Source: Octopus sinensis (Eukaryota). Taken from it: DNA of 64,000 nucleotides. The position numbers and the translations under genes are program-made. The stretch is from positions 64,356,001-64,420,000 of the forward strand of contig NC_043000.1 in assembly GCF_006345805.1 (NCBI RefSeq), read 5' to 3'. The notes beneath the pieces were generated by a model that saw only the letters and a program-made list of their open reading frames with translations, was not told the DNA's origin and did no database searches. Position 1 is the first letter of the stretch. Each line of letters begins with the position of its first letter. Below, one piece after another: positions 13,026-26,499 of the stretch.

Positions 13026-13850
13026 TAAATTGATCAAAATAAAAATAAAAATAAAAATAAAAATAAAAATAAAAATAAAAATAAAAACATGAGGCGAAGG
13101 ATTCAGCGGTACATATGTTTCGGGCCTTTATTAGACAGATACATAACAAATCATAATGTATGTCTGTGGCCTTCTTCAGCCGCTCACAACAGCTTCCACA
13201 AGGACATGTGTTAGTTCCGAAATTCTTGGCTGGGGATGCAAATCTTCTCGTTCCCGTACGACAAAATGCGGCAGCAGCATCGAATTGAATCGTCCATCTC
13301 CTTCTTCTCTCAATGTAGAATGAGGAAACTTGGATGTTGAGGTAATGTAAATAAATAAATACGTATATAGAGGTGAAGATGGAGGGGCGAGAGTTCGGGA
13401 CGAGGGATAAAAAATATAAAATAATATAAAATAATGTATAAATGTAGATGATAAAGATATAAAGAGTTGTAAGGAGATGTAAAGGGGGTATAAAGGCATA
13501 ATGTTGTAAAGTAAAAATAGAAATGGAAATAATAGTAAAAGAAGTAAAGGAACTTGATAAAAACATGATAAAAGTGTAAAAGAATGTAGGGATAAGGGAT
13601 GTATAGAGGTCGCGGACCCAGCATGGTGGTCAAGAGATTGATAAAACTTAGTTGTAGAACTGTCAGTAAATTAACGGTTTCGCCGTAAATCAGAGCTGAT
13701 GAGAGTTTAATCTGGTTCCTTGAATTAAATGGACTTCCAGTACATACATATCATCATGGGTACATACACCCACATACACGCGTACATATACGTCTCCAAG
13801 TCTATAAGCAAACACACGCACTCGCGTGTAAACATGTACATAAACCACAC
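13026..13850 (-). repeat. 5' pseudo-LTR of the Penelope-like element
   Basis: Direct repeat of 8574-9368. Confidence 0.92.
13105..13184 (-). ncRNA. Type I hammerhead ribozyme in the 5' pseudo-LTR
   Basis: Identical to 8622-8701. Confidence 0.85.
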
Positions 13851-13995
13851 TAAAGGCCCGAAACATATGTACCGCTGAATCCTTCGCCTCATGTTTTTAT
13901 TTTTATTTTTATTTTGATCAATTTACTCCACCACCTACACCACCAAACGGTATACACAGGTGCTTATAATTATCAAGTACTCACCCGTTGTCACC
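13851..13995 (+). repeat. Inverted terminal segment of the Penelope-like element
   Basis: Reverse complement of ~12931-13131 with a shorter T/A tract and a ~26-nt internal deletion; runs into (TA)n. Confidence 0.9.
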
Positions 13996-14182
13996 TATAT
14001 ATATATATATATATATATATAAATTAGAAAAAAAACACCTTTTATCAATTCAATTATGAAAAATTAAATTACAACCATTTAGAAAAATTACATATTATAG
14101 AAAGATTAAATCTAAGATAAAACATATAACGATGATTAAGTAATGTGCAAAATAATAAATAAAACGTATATATTTGGTAGAA

Positions 14183-14286
14183 TAACGACACGTGTTTCAT
14201 GGCTATATTTAAGAAATGATAATAGTAAAAATAATAGTAGTAGTAGTAAAATCACTTCAATATAAATATAGCCACTCTTCAGGTTA
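14183..14286 (-). ncRNA. Type I hammerhead ribozyme
   Basis: UAAC-CUGAAGA-GUGGCUAUAUUU...AAAUAUAGCCAU-GAAA-CACGUG-UC^-GUUA; 12-bp stem II, palindromic stem III, GUC triplet. Confidence 0.85.
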
Positions 14287-15003
14287 AAGATAACAATAAT
14301 AATATATAGATAAATTAATAAATATACGTAAATAATCTTGTAAAATATGAAATATCTTAACAAATATATTCTTGTTTAAAAAATAAGACATATATAGAGA
14401 TAAAATGCTTGTACGTGGACACAATATAAAAAGCAGATTCTATCTGTGATCTTGAGGGGACTAAAAATGTAACAAATATTTAGCCATATGTGGACATGAT
14501 CTGAAAAGTTCAGTTCTTGAATTTAGACATGTAATGTGGTCTAAGCTGCTTTTCCAGATGAGCCATCTTTCCATATCACAAAAACTGCACTTTCTACTTT
14601 CATGATAAGTTCCAGACAGGTTAAAGAACTATCATGCAAACAAAAACCATTGATTGGACAAGCTCTCAGATGCACCCATGACCAAACCACGATTGAATTG
14701 TGACTTGAAATTTGTATGTGGCAAAATGTGGGATCGAATCCAATACTACACCCCTTTGAGTTTCAGGTTTCTTCACATCCAAAGTGATTTTCCCCATTTG
14801 AGCTTCTTTCTTGGTGTTTCTATGCTACTATCGCTATTTATTATCTGTTTATTATTTTTGATTTCACATTTTCACTCAATGTAAATCACTCATGGTTACG
14901 AGCTTACTTTTGTATTTCACCTTTGTACTGTCTCCAGCTTCTTGGGCCCTTGAGCCCAATAAAAGTAATTGTAATTATTATTGTGGTTGCTTTCTTTCCT
15001 TAG

Positions 15004-15126
15004 GAAAGCTGCTTGTTGTGGATTAACAGCAGGTATGTTAGGACAGTTTGTTGCTAGTCCTACTGATCTTATTAAAGTACAGATGCAAATGGAAGGCAAA
15101 AATAGGCTCTTGGGAAATCCAGTCAG
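15004..15126 (+). CDS. SLC25A27: UCP4 coding exon
   Basis: ccttag|G...AG|gttaga; [41 protein letters not shown], containing the carrier signature PxDxxKxxxQ; 123 nt. Confidence 0.95.
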
Positions 15127-15287
15127 GTTAGATTTTACTTTAACTATGTTTTTTTTTATATTTCATTGTTTGATATAACATTTTTTTTATTTTTGTAGAA
15201 ATTTATTATAATTATTGTTTCTATTTTTGTTTTTGTTTTTCATGCTAGTTTGTTGAATAAATTGTAACATGACTTTTATAATTGCAG

Positions 15288-15400
15288 AGTAAAAAGTATG
15301 CATGATGCATTTTGTAAAATAACTGCTGAGGGAGGTGTGCGTGGATTGTGGAAAGGCTGGATCCCAAATGTACAACGAGCTGGTTTAGTCAACATGGGAG
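15288..15400 (+). CDS. SLC25A27: UCP4 coding exon
   Basis: ttgcag|A...G|gtacaa; [37 protein letters not shown]; 113 nt. Confidence 0.95.
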
Positions 15401-18069
15401 GTACAATACTGTTCTTTGACACAATTTAATTCATTGCTGAGTTGTTGTATTGCTCAGTGGTTAAGCTATTAGTCTCTTAGAAAAGTGTATGTATGAATGT
15501 AGAAAATTGTGTTGATTTTTTTTTCCTTTTTCAAATTATTGGAACAATTTTTTAATATAAAAGATAGATGTATTTCTGTTGAAATACACTGCCTCTGTTT
15601 CAATTAACTTTGAAACCATTGAAAAATTTAGTATAATAACTGTTAATGATTAAGCTGGTATTCTTTCTTTTCTTTTCTTTCTTTTTTTTTTGTTTTTAAT
15701 AAAGTTTCAAAAGAAACAATAGCATCGAAAATAAAATAGATTTCTGTGTGAAAGTATTCCTTGATATAAGATGTTTTAAATGGATGTATATACATCTCAC
15801 TTAGGGCTTATTGTATTTTTACTGCAGATAGCTTTGATTTCAAATAGAAATCCAGTAAAGTCTTGTTAGCTATAATTTAATGATAAGAAGATTAAGAGGT
15901 ACATCAAAGAATTCACAAATTCAGTAGTAAACACTACATTTCAGTTTTTGTCTCTTATGATTTTATGTACTATTGTCATCATTATAAGCATCATTTTACA
16001 TTTACTTTTCTATGCTACTATGGATTTGACAGATTGTCACAGTGCAGATCAATCCTTATTTGGCATTACTGCTCTTTTAGATGTATCAGGGGCCACATCT
16101 TACTTGTATGCTTCAATTCATGGCATGGTTTCTATGGCCTTTCTAATTACAACCATTCTACATTTTGTCATGGTACCAACATTCAAGGAGTTGCCTTATC
16201 TTTGACAAGACTAAAGACTTCTTTCTATTCTACTCAAAGCATTATGACCAAGAGGATAAATAAAAGTGAGTGATGAAAGAAAGAGAATCAGGATGAGATG
16301 GTGATAAAAGAGAAAGATTGGAGGAATAGCAATAGGAGAATAAGTGTGATAGAAAAGGAAGTAATAGAAAAGTAGTAGTAGACAGCTATATATTGGTTGT
16401 TGGTAAATAAATTGAGTAGAAAATAAGCAGAGGCAATGGGATGGGGGAAGGAGTAACAAGAAGTAGACTGAGGATAGAAATGAGGTAATAGAAGTGAGTG
16501 TGATGAGTAGCAATAAAGATAGGTGATAGTACAAGAGAGAGGAAAAGAGAAAGAGAGAGAGTATTTGTTGGCTAGTCATAAAGAGGGATGATGCAAAGGA
16601 TGTTTGAATATAAACAGATTTAATGCCATCCCTTAATATACAGTTAGTGTGATGAGAGGGAGATAAAATGATAGGAGAAAAGTTGGGTGATAAATAAGAA
16701 GTAACAAAGACAGGTAGGTGGGGTGGGGCAGTAGGGTCTTCAAGAAATTTTATCAAAGGCAGCAATAACTGGAAAGAGTTTACTCAATCTTATCCACTGT
16801 TGTAAAGCCAATATAAAACTTTAGGTGGGGAGTGAACATTTGGGGCTAATTGATATATGAAATGAATTAGATGTAGTTTATCTTCTAACAAATTATTCTA
16901 CTAAACTTCTGCTTATATTGAGATAGAGGCAATGGAAAACTAAATTTAGATTTGAAATTGACATTCTGAAAAATTTATCATTTCTGAATTAATCTGGTGC
17001 CCTACCAACCATCTCCTTCTCTACTCATGGTGTTGAATTTCTTGTAAAATAAAGTCAAATTAATTATATTGTTAAATATCTCCGAATATACTATTATACT
17101 CAAAATGTTATAGAATCTCATGATCTGAGTCTAATATCTTATCCACTTTGTAATCTACCTCTTTTGACACTGTTTGTAATTACTATTATGTGCAGCAAAT
17201 GGCTGCTGAATGTATTCTAAAGTATTCTAAGTGGCTGAACACAAGAAGGCCAAATTTCAAATGAAACTAAAAATCAAAATGCTGAAAGCTTGAAAGGCTG
17301 AATATTTAGAACACCAAATTTTGAAATATTCTAGGCAAAATGATGTGAAAAACAGTCTTAAAAGATGGTTATTTATTGTTTTAAAAGGGAATTTATTTGA
17401 GAAACAGTAGACTTACTTTTTTTTTTTATCATGCTGCCAGAATAACAAAGGCAAGCCAGATATGGTGAGCATATTTACTTCAGAAAAAATAAAATGGAAG
17501 TTTCTTGTAGAGATATTATATCTAAGACATATGTGAAAATTTAAATAGTTTATTTATCAAATACTTCTGTTCTTTAAATGCACTTATTGAATATATACCT
17601 TTTCTTTTCACACAAATATAAACATATGAAATGATTAAAAGGTTGAATTTTTATATTGGAATTATGTAGTAAAAGCATGAAGGCAAAGTGAGAGAAGCAA
17701 GTTCCTGAGCTTGCTCTCAATTTACTAAAATTTTAAAGACAGTTTTTCATATTTTCCCACTAAAATGGTTATTCTAACATAACACACACACACATAAACT
17801 AGTAAATATGTTCCTTTTAAAACTGTAAAGAAATGTTTTCTTAAAGCTGTTTTTTCATATTTTCCCCTTATTTATTTCAAAATTCAATGTTCTGAGTATT
17901 TGGTCTTTGAAGCTGTCAATATTCTGATATTTTGGTCATTTGAAATTTCTCTTATTCAGTCATATGACCCAAACCTATTTTAAATATATATATATATATC
18001 AATACAAATTAAATAAAATATAGTAGATATATTAATTACATTTGAAAATTATTTGTGTTGTTTTGTTAG

Positions 18070-18154
18070 ATTTGGCGACCTATGACACAAGCAAACATTT
18101 CATTTTAAGGAATACTTCATTGAAGGATAATGTTGTAACACACTTTTTATCAAG
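18070..18154 (+). CDS. SLC25A27: UCP4 coding exon
   Basis: tgttag|AT...AG|gtaaat; DLATYDTSKHFILRNTSLKDNVVTHFLSS; 85 nt. Confidence 0.94.
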
Positions 18155-19883
18155 GTAAATATATAGCAATAACATCTTCCTCAGTATAATTTAACTGTTG
18201 TTAGTAATCAAGCCATTACTTTTTAGTCTTTAGAAGTTCTAAGCAGATTTGTAATTAGCTCTAAACAAGTTAATATTATAATTTTCTTTTGATTGGTAAT
18301 TAAAATATTAATCAAGAAGTATTGCTTAATTCTTATATATTCTTCCTGTTTTATGTTCTAACTGGCCAGATTGAGCCCCTAACGGTGTCATTCTAAAAAC
18401 AAACAATGACATCAGGAACTCTCAAAGCTACAAGATAATGCATGATTAACTCAAAACAATGTAAATAAATAAACATTATATTTGACAGAGAGTTCTGAAT
18501 GCTAAACTGTTAATTGTTTCTTATTCTATAGCATTGTTGTTTATCTTCTGTATACTGTTAAGTTGGATGACGGTTCTGAAGTAAAGAAAGAAATTATTTA
18601 TTTACCATTTGATGATACTGACTAGGTTTCTATGTCAACAAATTATGCAGTTAATTGTTTTATGACCTGTTTGATCCCTTAAAGACAATTTTTCTCAAAA
18701 GGAGTTGCCTTATACATCAATACATTACTGTTTGTAGTTTATGTGTGCTTCTTATAAAGATGGGTATTTGATGGTGTTTGTATCATTTCTTGGACTTGCT
18801 TTGTAGTTACATACCAATAGTTGGCTCTTCAAAAAACTTGTTTCAACAGTTGTTTGATTGTTTAAATGTACAATATAACCAACCCACAGGAGTCTGTAAT
18901 TCCATACCAATTTAATACAGATACATTCTTAAGAATGGATGGTATAAATGAAATGAAATGACTTCAAGTGAAATTCAAATCCAACTCACAGACTTTATTT
19001 GCTGGGTCTAACTTTGGTTCTACATCATTTACCATTCTTTAATAATATTTATTAGTTAGGAGAAATATTTGTTATTAATCAAAAGTTGGCCTAAGAAATG
19101 AAGTGAAAGTGAGTGAAAGAGCAGAACTATTTGTGACAGTGTAGGGCATGTAGTCAAGAGTTCTGAGAATGACTGGTGGCTGTATCAACCATAATTGTTG
19201 TTAAATCCTTGATAGCAGGTTTCTAACAGGATGATCACGACATTCCAGCTATAACCTCACCCATCTTTATTTTTGTACAATATCCATTCACCCATCTTGT
19301 CTTACCACTATTCCCTGTAATAGTGGTAAGACAAGATGTTGGTAAATTTTGTATGGAGGTAGAGCTCTCAGGCCTCTCCTCTATTGGGTCCTATCAGAAG
19401 CAACTGTCATTACACTTTTCTGCTGGATTCCCTAGCATGATCGAGATTATGGATATCCAGCCAACTTCATTCTTTGTCTACCTCTTGGTCTCCTGCCTGT
19501 TGGCTAAGCTTGAAGAATTTGTCTTGCAGTTATTTCTCATGATATTCTAATCACATATCCATAGTACTGAAGCTATGGCTGCTATTATTAGCAGGTGAGA
19601 TGGCTATGTAGACACTTTCCCCATTGGTTCATTCAGAGAATGTCTATACAGTCTTTCTTTTTACATCAGTTATAACCATTTTTTTAAAAATGGCAATTTA
19701 CTTCAAATTTTACATTTTCTTTTTCATTGGCTTAGAAAAAGCTATCTTTCTTTTATTTATATTTGAGATTATATTTTGGAATAAATTATTTATGCAAATA
19801 GAAAGAAAAACAACAAAGAACAAAAACAAAAGAAAAGATCTTATAAACCATGTAGCTGTAAATGTGTTTCAATGCTGTTTCAG

Positions 19884-19973
19884 TGTAATGTCAGGAATTG
19901 TAGCTGCTACATTAGGTACCCCAGCTGATGTTGTGAAAACAAGGATAATGAATCAACCAACAAAAAATGGAAA
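19884..19973 (+). CDS. SLC25A27: UCP4 coding exon
   Basis: tttcag|T...AA|gtaagc; VMSGIVAATLGTPADVVKTRIMNQPTKNGK, containing the third carrier signature; 90 nt. Confidence 0.95.
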
Positions 19974-20689
19974 GTAAGCTGTTTTTCTTGATTGACAATC
20001 TAGGAGCATGTAGTTTTCAGAGAAGGATGTATTGTTACCTAGATTTCTCTAGATCATCATCATCCTCACAACTGTTTAACATCCATTTTCCATGCTGGCA
20101 TGGGTTGGGTGGTTTGACAGGCACTGGGTGAACTAGAGGTTTTTGCTAAGCTTTCCTGTTTGCTTTGGTATGGTTTTTATGGTGGATGCCCTTCCTAACA
20201 CCAACCACTCCATAGAGTGTACTGGGTGTCTTTTACATGGCACCATCATGTTCTTTATATAGCTTGAATTCTTCTCTTGATGTTTGTATATTGTATATTG
20301 TATGTCACATGTCCATTGAGTAAAATTCTTCAATGAGATTATCTTGTCAGATCATTCCCCACCATTTTAGCCATCTCTTGCAAATCAAAATGCTTAGTAA
20401 CATTTACAGTGTCTCTTGCCTCCAACAAGATGCTAAACAACCTCTTTAGATTCATCTTTACTAAACAGCCATACCTGCACCTATCAATTATACTAAAGTA
20501 TTAATAACCTCTGCTGACTTCTTTATTAAATTGAGAGTTGCTCTGTAAAGTAATGTGTTGGTGAATTTTGTATTGTAAAAGAAATGGAGATTTGATTCAG
20601 AAAACTGATCTATAGATAACTTTTCACTCAAAATATTAATTTATTAAGCCCAGTAAAATTCTATATTTACTTATCATCACGTCATCATC

Positions 20690-20958
20690 ATGTGACCGAC
20701 CAGTCCATCAGATGTAGTCACAATGCGTTCGCATTGTTTTAGCCTTCGAATGACACCACCCCGCTGGCTAAGCAAGCAGGCCAACAGAAGAAAGAGTGGG
20801 AGAAAGAGTACAGCAGGGATCACCAGCCCCTGCCGGAGCCTCGTGGAGCTTTTAGGTGTTTTCGCTCAATAAACTCACAACGCCCGGTCTGGGAATCGAA
20901 ACCGCGATTCTACGACCGCGAGTCCGCTGCCCTAACCACTAGGCCATTGCGCCTTCAC
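20690..20958 (-). mobile_element. tRNA-derived SINE
   Basis: Head gcgcaatggcctagtggttagggcagcggactc...ggtttcgattccc; + strand relative at 63168-63400. Confidence 0.8.
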
Positions 20959-22283
20959 ATATTTACTTATAGTCGTCTTAATAGGTGCAAGTGTAGCTGT
21001 GTGGTAAGAAGTTTGCTTCCCAACCACATGGTTCTAGGATCAGTCCCTCTGCATGACAACATAGGCAAGTGTCTACTATTATAGCTCTAGGCTGACCAAA
21101 ACCTGGTGAGTAGATTTGGTAGACAGAAACTGAAAGAAGCCTGTCATATATATGTATGGGTATATATCATCATCATCATCATTTAATGTCCGTTGTCCAT
21201 GCTGGCATGGGTTGCATCAGACTCCAGTCTGATTTGGCATGGTTTCTACAGCTTGATGTCATTCCTAACACCAACCACTCCAAGAGTGTAATGGGTGCTT
21301 TTGCATGCCACCAGTATCTGCCACGACTACAATTTCACTTGGCTTGATGGGTCTTCTCAAACACAGCATATTGCCAAAGGTCTCGGTCATTTGTCATTGC
21401 TTCTATGAGGCCCAATGCTTGAAAGGTGCTTTTTATATTCCACTGGCACAAGTACCAGTTATGCGATACTGGCATTGGCCACATTGGCTCCATGAGGTCC
21501 AACGTTCGACAGGTGCTTTTATATATATATATCTGTGTATGTGTTACTGTCTTCTAGACATTGTGTGATAGTTGTATACAAATGTCTCCATCATTGAAGC
21601 AGTGTTCTTCTTTCCCAGTCTTCTGTGAAAACATGTCTGGTCATAGGAAAGTATTACCTGACTTAGAAACAGGTGAGAGTTGGTGACAGTAAGATCATCT
21701 GTCTCAACAAATTCTGTCTAATCCATGCAAGCATGGAAAAGTGGACATTAAATGTTGTAATTTCATAGTGAAAAAGAACTAATCATCATCATCATCATTT
21801 AATGTCTGCTTTCCATGCTGGCATGGGTTAGATGGCTTGGCTGAAACTGTAAGCTGGAGAGCTGTACCAGATTCTTGTCTGATTTGGCATGGTTTCTATG
21901 GCTGGATGCCCTTCCTGACACCAACCACTCCAAGAGTGTAATGAGTGCTTTTTATGTTCCACCAGCATGGGTGCCAGTTATGTGACACCGGCATCAGCCA
22001 CAACTATAGTTTCACTTGACAAGCACAGCATATTGCCAAAGGTCTTGGCCACTTATCATTGCCTTCATGAGGCCCCATGTCCAAAGGGTGCTTTTTACAT
22101 GCCACCGGCATGGGTGCCTGATACATGACACCAGCACCATCCACATCTACAGTTTCACTTGAGAAAGAACTAATATGAATATTTAACATTTTCATAACAC
22201 TTTGCTTTTCTACATAAATGATTCTTATAATTTACATAACAAACACTATTATTATGATATACATACTATAACTATAATTACAG

Positions 22284-22386
22284 AGGTATACTCTATACAT
22301 CCTCTTGGGATTGTGTAACAAAGACTGTAAAAGCAGAAGGATTTTGGTCTTTATATAAAGGATTTTTTCCAATTTGGGCAAGAATG
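22284..22386 (+). CDS. SLC25A27: UCP4 coding exon
   Basis: ttacag|A...ATG|gtatgt; [34 protein letters not shown]; 103 nt. Confidence 0.95.
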
Positions 22387-24216
22387 GTATGTATATATAT
22401 TCATATATCTATATTTTTCAATGTTCTATGATAATGGATTAAATAACTGTCTTCTGTTTCGATTTCTTAAATAGATTACAAAGCTACAAAACATTTTTCA
22501 AAGACAATTTTCTCAGAAGTTTTTAGCCAATTTTTCATTTTTAATTTAAATTAAGTCTAATCCCATATTTAGCAGTTTTTAATAAGATTTTGTGTTTTTT
22601 TTTTTTTTATATTTCATTTTGAAGTGGAAAAGAATTTTGAAATCATTACTTCCTACATTCTTCCTATAACTTATCTCCTTAAGCTCTGTTTTTGATTGAT
22701 TACATCCTCATGAAATAAAAAAAAATATTTATAATCTCAGCAAGTATTATGAAGAAGTGATTATCTCTCATATAACAGCTGTCACTACTAGGGGAACCAC
22801 ATGTTTGAAAAGCTCTTGCAGTGATTTTGTAAAAATTCATTTAAACTGTTGGTGATAGTGAAAGTGTTATGTTTGTAAATAGATGTCTGTTCTAACAGAT
22901 ATACAAAGGGTTAATACTTTGAAATGAATGTCTATACCTCAATGAATATATTAAAAAATAGTTTGTGAAGTTGTTTGTTACTAAACCTGAAATTATGAGC
23001 TACTATAAACATTTTCACAAGGTAGAATTCCTTGTAAACTGTTATTATCCCATATGTCAAAACTAAGAACTTATTCTCATTTTTCTTGATTCCTAAACTA
23101 CTAATGTTCTATGATTGCCATCCCAACAACAACAACAACAAAAAACATAAATTCGATGAATTTCTTTCAAGCTGTAATTATATCCATTTTTAATGAAATG
23201 TTTCTCTTCATAAAATGTTTAATTAATAAGTCACAGGTCATGCTCACAATTTCTAAAATGAATGACATAGTACTATTCATGACTAGAAATTTTAAGAACT
23301 TTGTAATAAGTAAACAAGCAAAAAAATTTAATATGTGAATTCTATGCAACTTTCTCATAGTTACTTAATTTCAAATTCAAATTTCTAATCCCACAAAAGA
23401 TTACAAAGAAATTACTATCATTCTCTTATAATAGTTGCGACTACAAAGGAAGCCACACTGTGTGTGTTTTTCTTTTTACAAATAATGTAATTTTAATATC
23501 AATTATTAATTTCCGTTAATATTATTTTGAAATTAATGTCAGTCTCCACTGTGCAGTCTTTGTCATCATTGGATTTATGTCAGTGCTGGCATTATTTGGA
23601 TGGTGCTTTCTCATTTATCTTTTACTTGTTTCAGTCATTGGACTGTGACCATGCTGGGGCATTACTTTGAAGTATTTAGTCAAGCAAATTGACCTAATGT
23701 TTATTTTTAAGCTTGGTACTTATTCTATCAGTCTCTTTTACAAACTGCTAAGTTGATGTAAACAAACCAACACAAGTTATAAAGTGATGATGGGGGACAA
23801 AAACCTAGACAAATACACAGACACAATATATGTATGTGACAGGCTTCTTTCAGTTTCCATCTACTAAATCTACTCACAAGGCTTTGGTTGGCCTGGGACT
23901 ATAATAGAAGACACTTGCCCAGGGTGTCATGCAGTAGGACTGAACCCCAAACCATGTAGTTGGGAAGCGACCATGTTTGCATCTCAGCTATTCCTGCTTC
24001 AAAAATAATTTTAAAGTGTCTTACTTTCAGGCATTTATCAAATTACTATGGTATTTGGTTCTAACCATCTCCACACAAATGGAATGTTAAAAAAAAATAA
24101 CTGATGTTTCAAAGCATCTTTTTTTAATTACTGACATTTCCTTCACCATAAACTTTATATTAATATTCTGGTACTTATTTCATTACAAATTAAAAAATTT
24201 TTTTTTCTCTCTGCAG

Positions 24217-24288
24217 GCACCTTGGTCTCTGACATTCTGGTTGTCTTTAGAGCAAATGCGAAAACTTACTGGAGCTTCATCTTTCTGA
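24217..24288 (+). CDS. SLC25A27: UCP4 terminal coding exon
   Basis: polypyrimidine tract + ctgcag|; APWSLTFWLSLEQMRKLTGASSF* resembles the UCP4 C-terminus; candidate AATAAA at 24584-24589. Confidence 0.94.
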   Translation, partial: APWSLTFWLSLEQMRKLTGASSF

Positions 24289-24955
24289 TTTATTCATGGA
24301 TTTCACTATTGAAAGGCTTCTCATGGTAACAGATAAACTGATTTTGAATTTCAGTTATTTCATATAGTGTAACTGATTACAAATAATGTACAACTATTGT
24401 GTATAATGTAAACAGCCATACATATAATCTATGATATAACTGATGCCATACATATAACTGATGAAGCATCATATTGCATATGATGTAACTAAGAAAGTAT
24501 ATATATATATTTGAAAAAAATGAATAGAAATGGCTTTTCTTATAATTTTTCCACTTTAATTATGAGAGGTTTATAAGTTTACAAATAAACATTTAATTAT
24601 TAAAGTGGAAAAATGACCAGAAAAGCAATTTCTATTCCTTTTTTCAAATATATAACACTGTAACAGGGACTTTCCATTTCTTATTCTACTATATAAACAT
24701 ATATATATATATATATACTGGCAGTATTCCAGCATGGCCTAAGGGCTGGGATGCATAAAAGAATATATGTATATATAATATACATTTAATATACATATAT
24801 AGATCATTATCATCATCATTTAACGTCTGCCTTACATGGTGGCATGAGTGAGATGGTTTGAGAAGAGCCAGCCAGGCAGAAGCCTGCACCAGACTTCTGT
24901 AAATGTTTTCACAGCTGGATGCCCTTCCTAACACCAACCACTCAGTAAAGTGGAC

Positions 24956-24957
<2 letters not shown>

Positions 24958-24987
<30 letters not shown>

Positions 24988-25223
24988 CATATATATGTGT
25001 GTGTGTATATATATATGTGTGTGTGTATATATATGTGTGTGTGTGTATATATATATGTATGTGTAAATATATATACCCATATATATATATATATATAAAT
25101 ACAAATATAGACGTTTATATGTATATATATATACATACATATGTATATATATACATATATATATAATAAATATGTATATAAATACAAATATAGACGTTTA
25201 TATGTATATATATACATATATGT

Positions 25224-25285
<62 letters not shown>

Positions 25286-26240
25286 TAGACGTCTATATGT
25301 ATATATATACATATTCCTATACCACATACCACACACACATATACATACACACACACACATAATACCCACACCCTTGGCTAAACCAATGCATCCACACACA
25401 CAACCCTTCAAACACAGTACATGCACACTCACAATGCACACATATACATGCATGTACATACACTTCCACACACACTCACACGCACATAGACACACACACA
25501 CACATACAGAGATACAGAGAGAAATGCACACACACATACACTCATACACATATGCACACACACACACGCATACACATTCCCATTGCGTCTACGCACACGT
25601 CTATGTATACATGCCAACACACACAACCACACCCATCCGTTCACACACCTGTCAGACAATGTATCCACACATACTCCATCTCACCCCTCTCTCCCTCTCA
25701 CACTTGCACACATACACACACATGAATGCACATATACCTCCACACAATGCATGCACTTCCACACTCACTCATAGATACATACATCCCCACATGCACACAT
25801 ATATATGCACAAAAAGACACACACACATGCACCCATACACAGGTGCACACACACACATTCCCACTCCATCTATGCACACATGCCAACACATATATACACA
25901 GAGCCACACTCACCCATACAGACTGCCTCTGACTCACTTTTGACCCTTCTATCTATGCACAGATGCAATCATACACACACTGACACATCCACTCATTCAC
26001 ACATCTGTTACTATATCTGTACACATGCACACAGATCCTACCACACACATACACACACAATACAAACACACACAATACTCACACACACTGTTAATACCAC
26101 ACACAAAGTTACCTGCACAGGCACTCATGCTACCAAGCACACAAGCTACCATTTACATAACACACACAGATACGCACACCACCATACTTACACATGCTAC
26201 CACACACACTCCCACACACATACCGACCATCTTCATACTC
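24958..26240. repeat. (TA)n tract followed by a CA-rich low-complexity tract
   Basis: Direct reading. Confidence 0.93.
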
Positions 26241-26499
26241 TCATGTCCCAGAAAGCACTTTCTGCTTCTCCTTCTACTTCCGGTCACTTCAAAAATGTAA
26301 CCGCATGTGGATTATTGGTGATTTTTTTTTTTCTCATTTCCTTCTTCCCTTTGGACCACCCTGTTTTTCCTGTTTCTAAAGAAGAGCAATATTCAAAACA
26401 TTAAAAACTACACTTCTCCTTCTCTGAGCATAATGTTTGTGCTATGTCCTCTTTTTACTTTCTCTTTTTTTCTCTCTATTTTTTGAATTGATTATATAT

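Larger units (their letters stand above)
8574..13995 (-). mobile_element. Penelope-like retroelement (probably Naiad clade) with two direct pseudo-LTRs and an inverted end, in a UCP4 intron, antisense to the gene
   Basis: RT motifs FIQFDIASYY, FDVAMGSSDSAQV and GLYRDDAL, followed by GIY-YIG endonuclease (CNCR...CPL.G.C...VIYSC...YIG...NH...W.LKD...C.LC..E...NKRSE). Direct repeats 8574-9368 and 13026-13850; inverted segment 13851-13995; (TA)n on both flanks. Confidence 0.93.

Noticed and set aside
13034-13087. (TAAAAA)n tract as a telomere-like repeat
   Set aside because: It is an internal, variable-length simple repeat of the pseudo-LTR, and not TTAGGG.
13851-13876. GAAACATATGTACCGCT on + as a third ribozyme of the element
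   Set aside because: Only the 3' half is present; CUGAAGA and the 5' strand of stem I are missing.
24459-24510. CTGATGA plus a hairpin in the UCP4 3' UTR
   Set aside because: GAAA is out of register and stems I and III do not form.
26371-26408. Hammerhead-like motif
   Set aside because: Core is mutated (CUAAAGA, AAAA); treated as a dead copy of the 49139 family.
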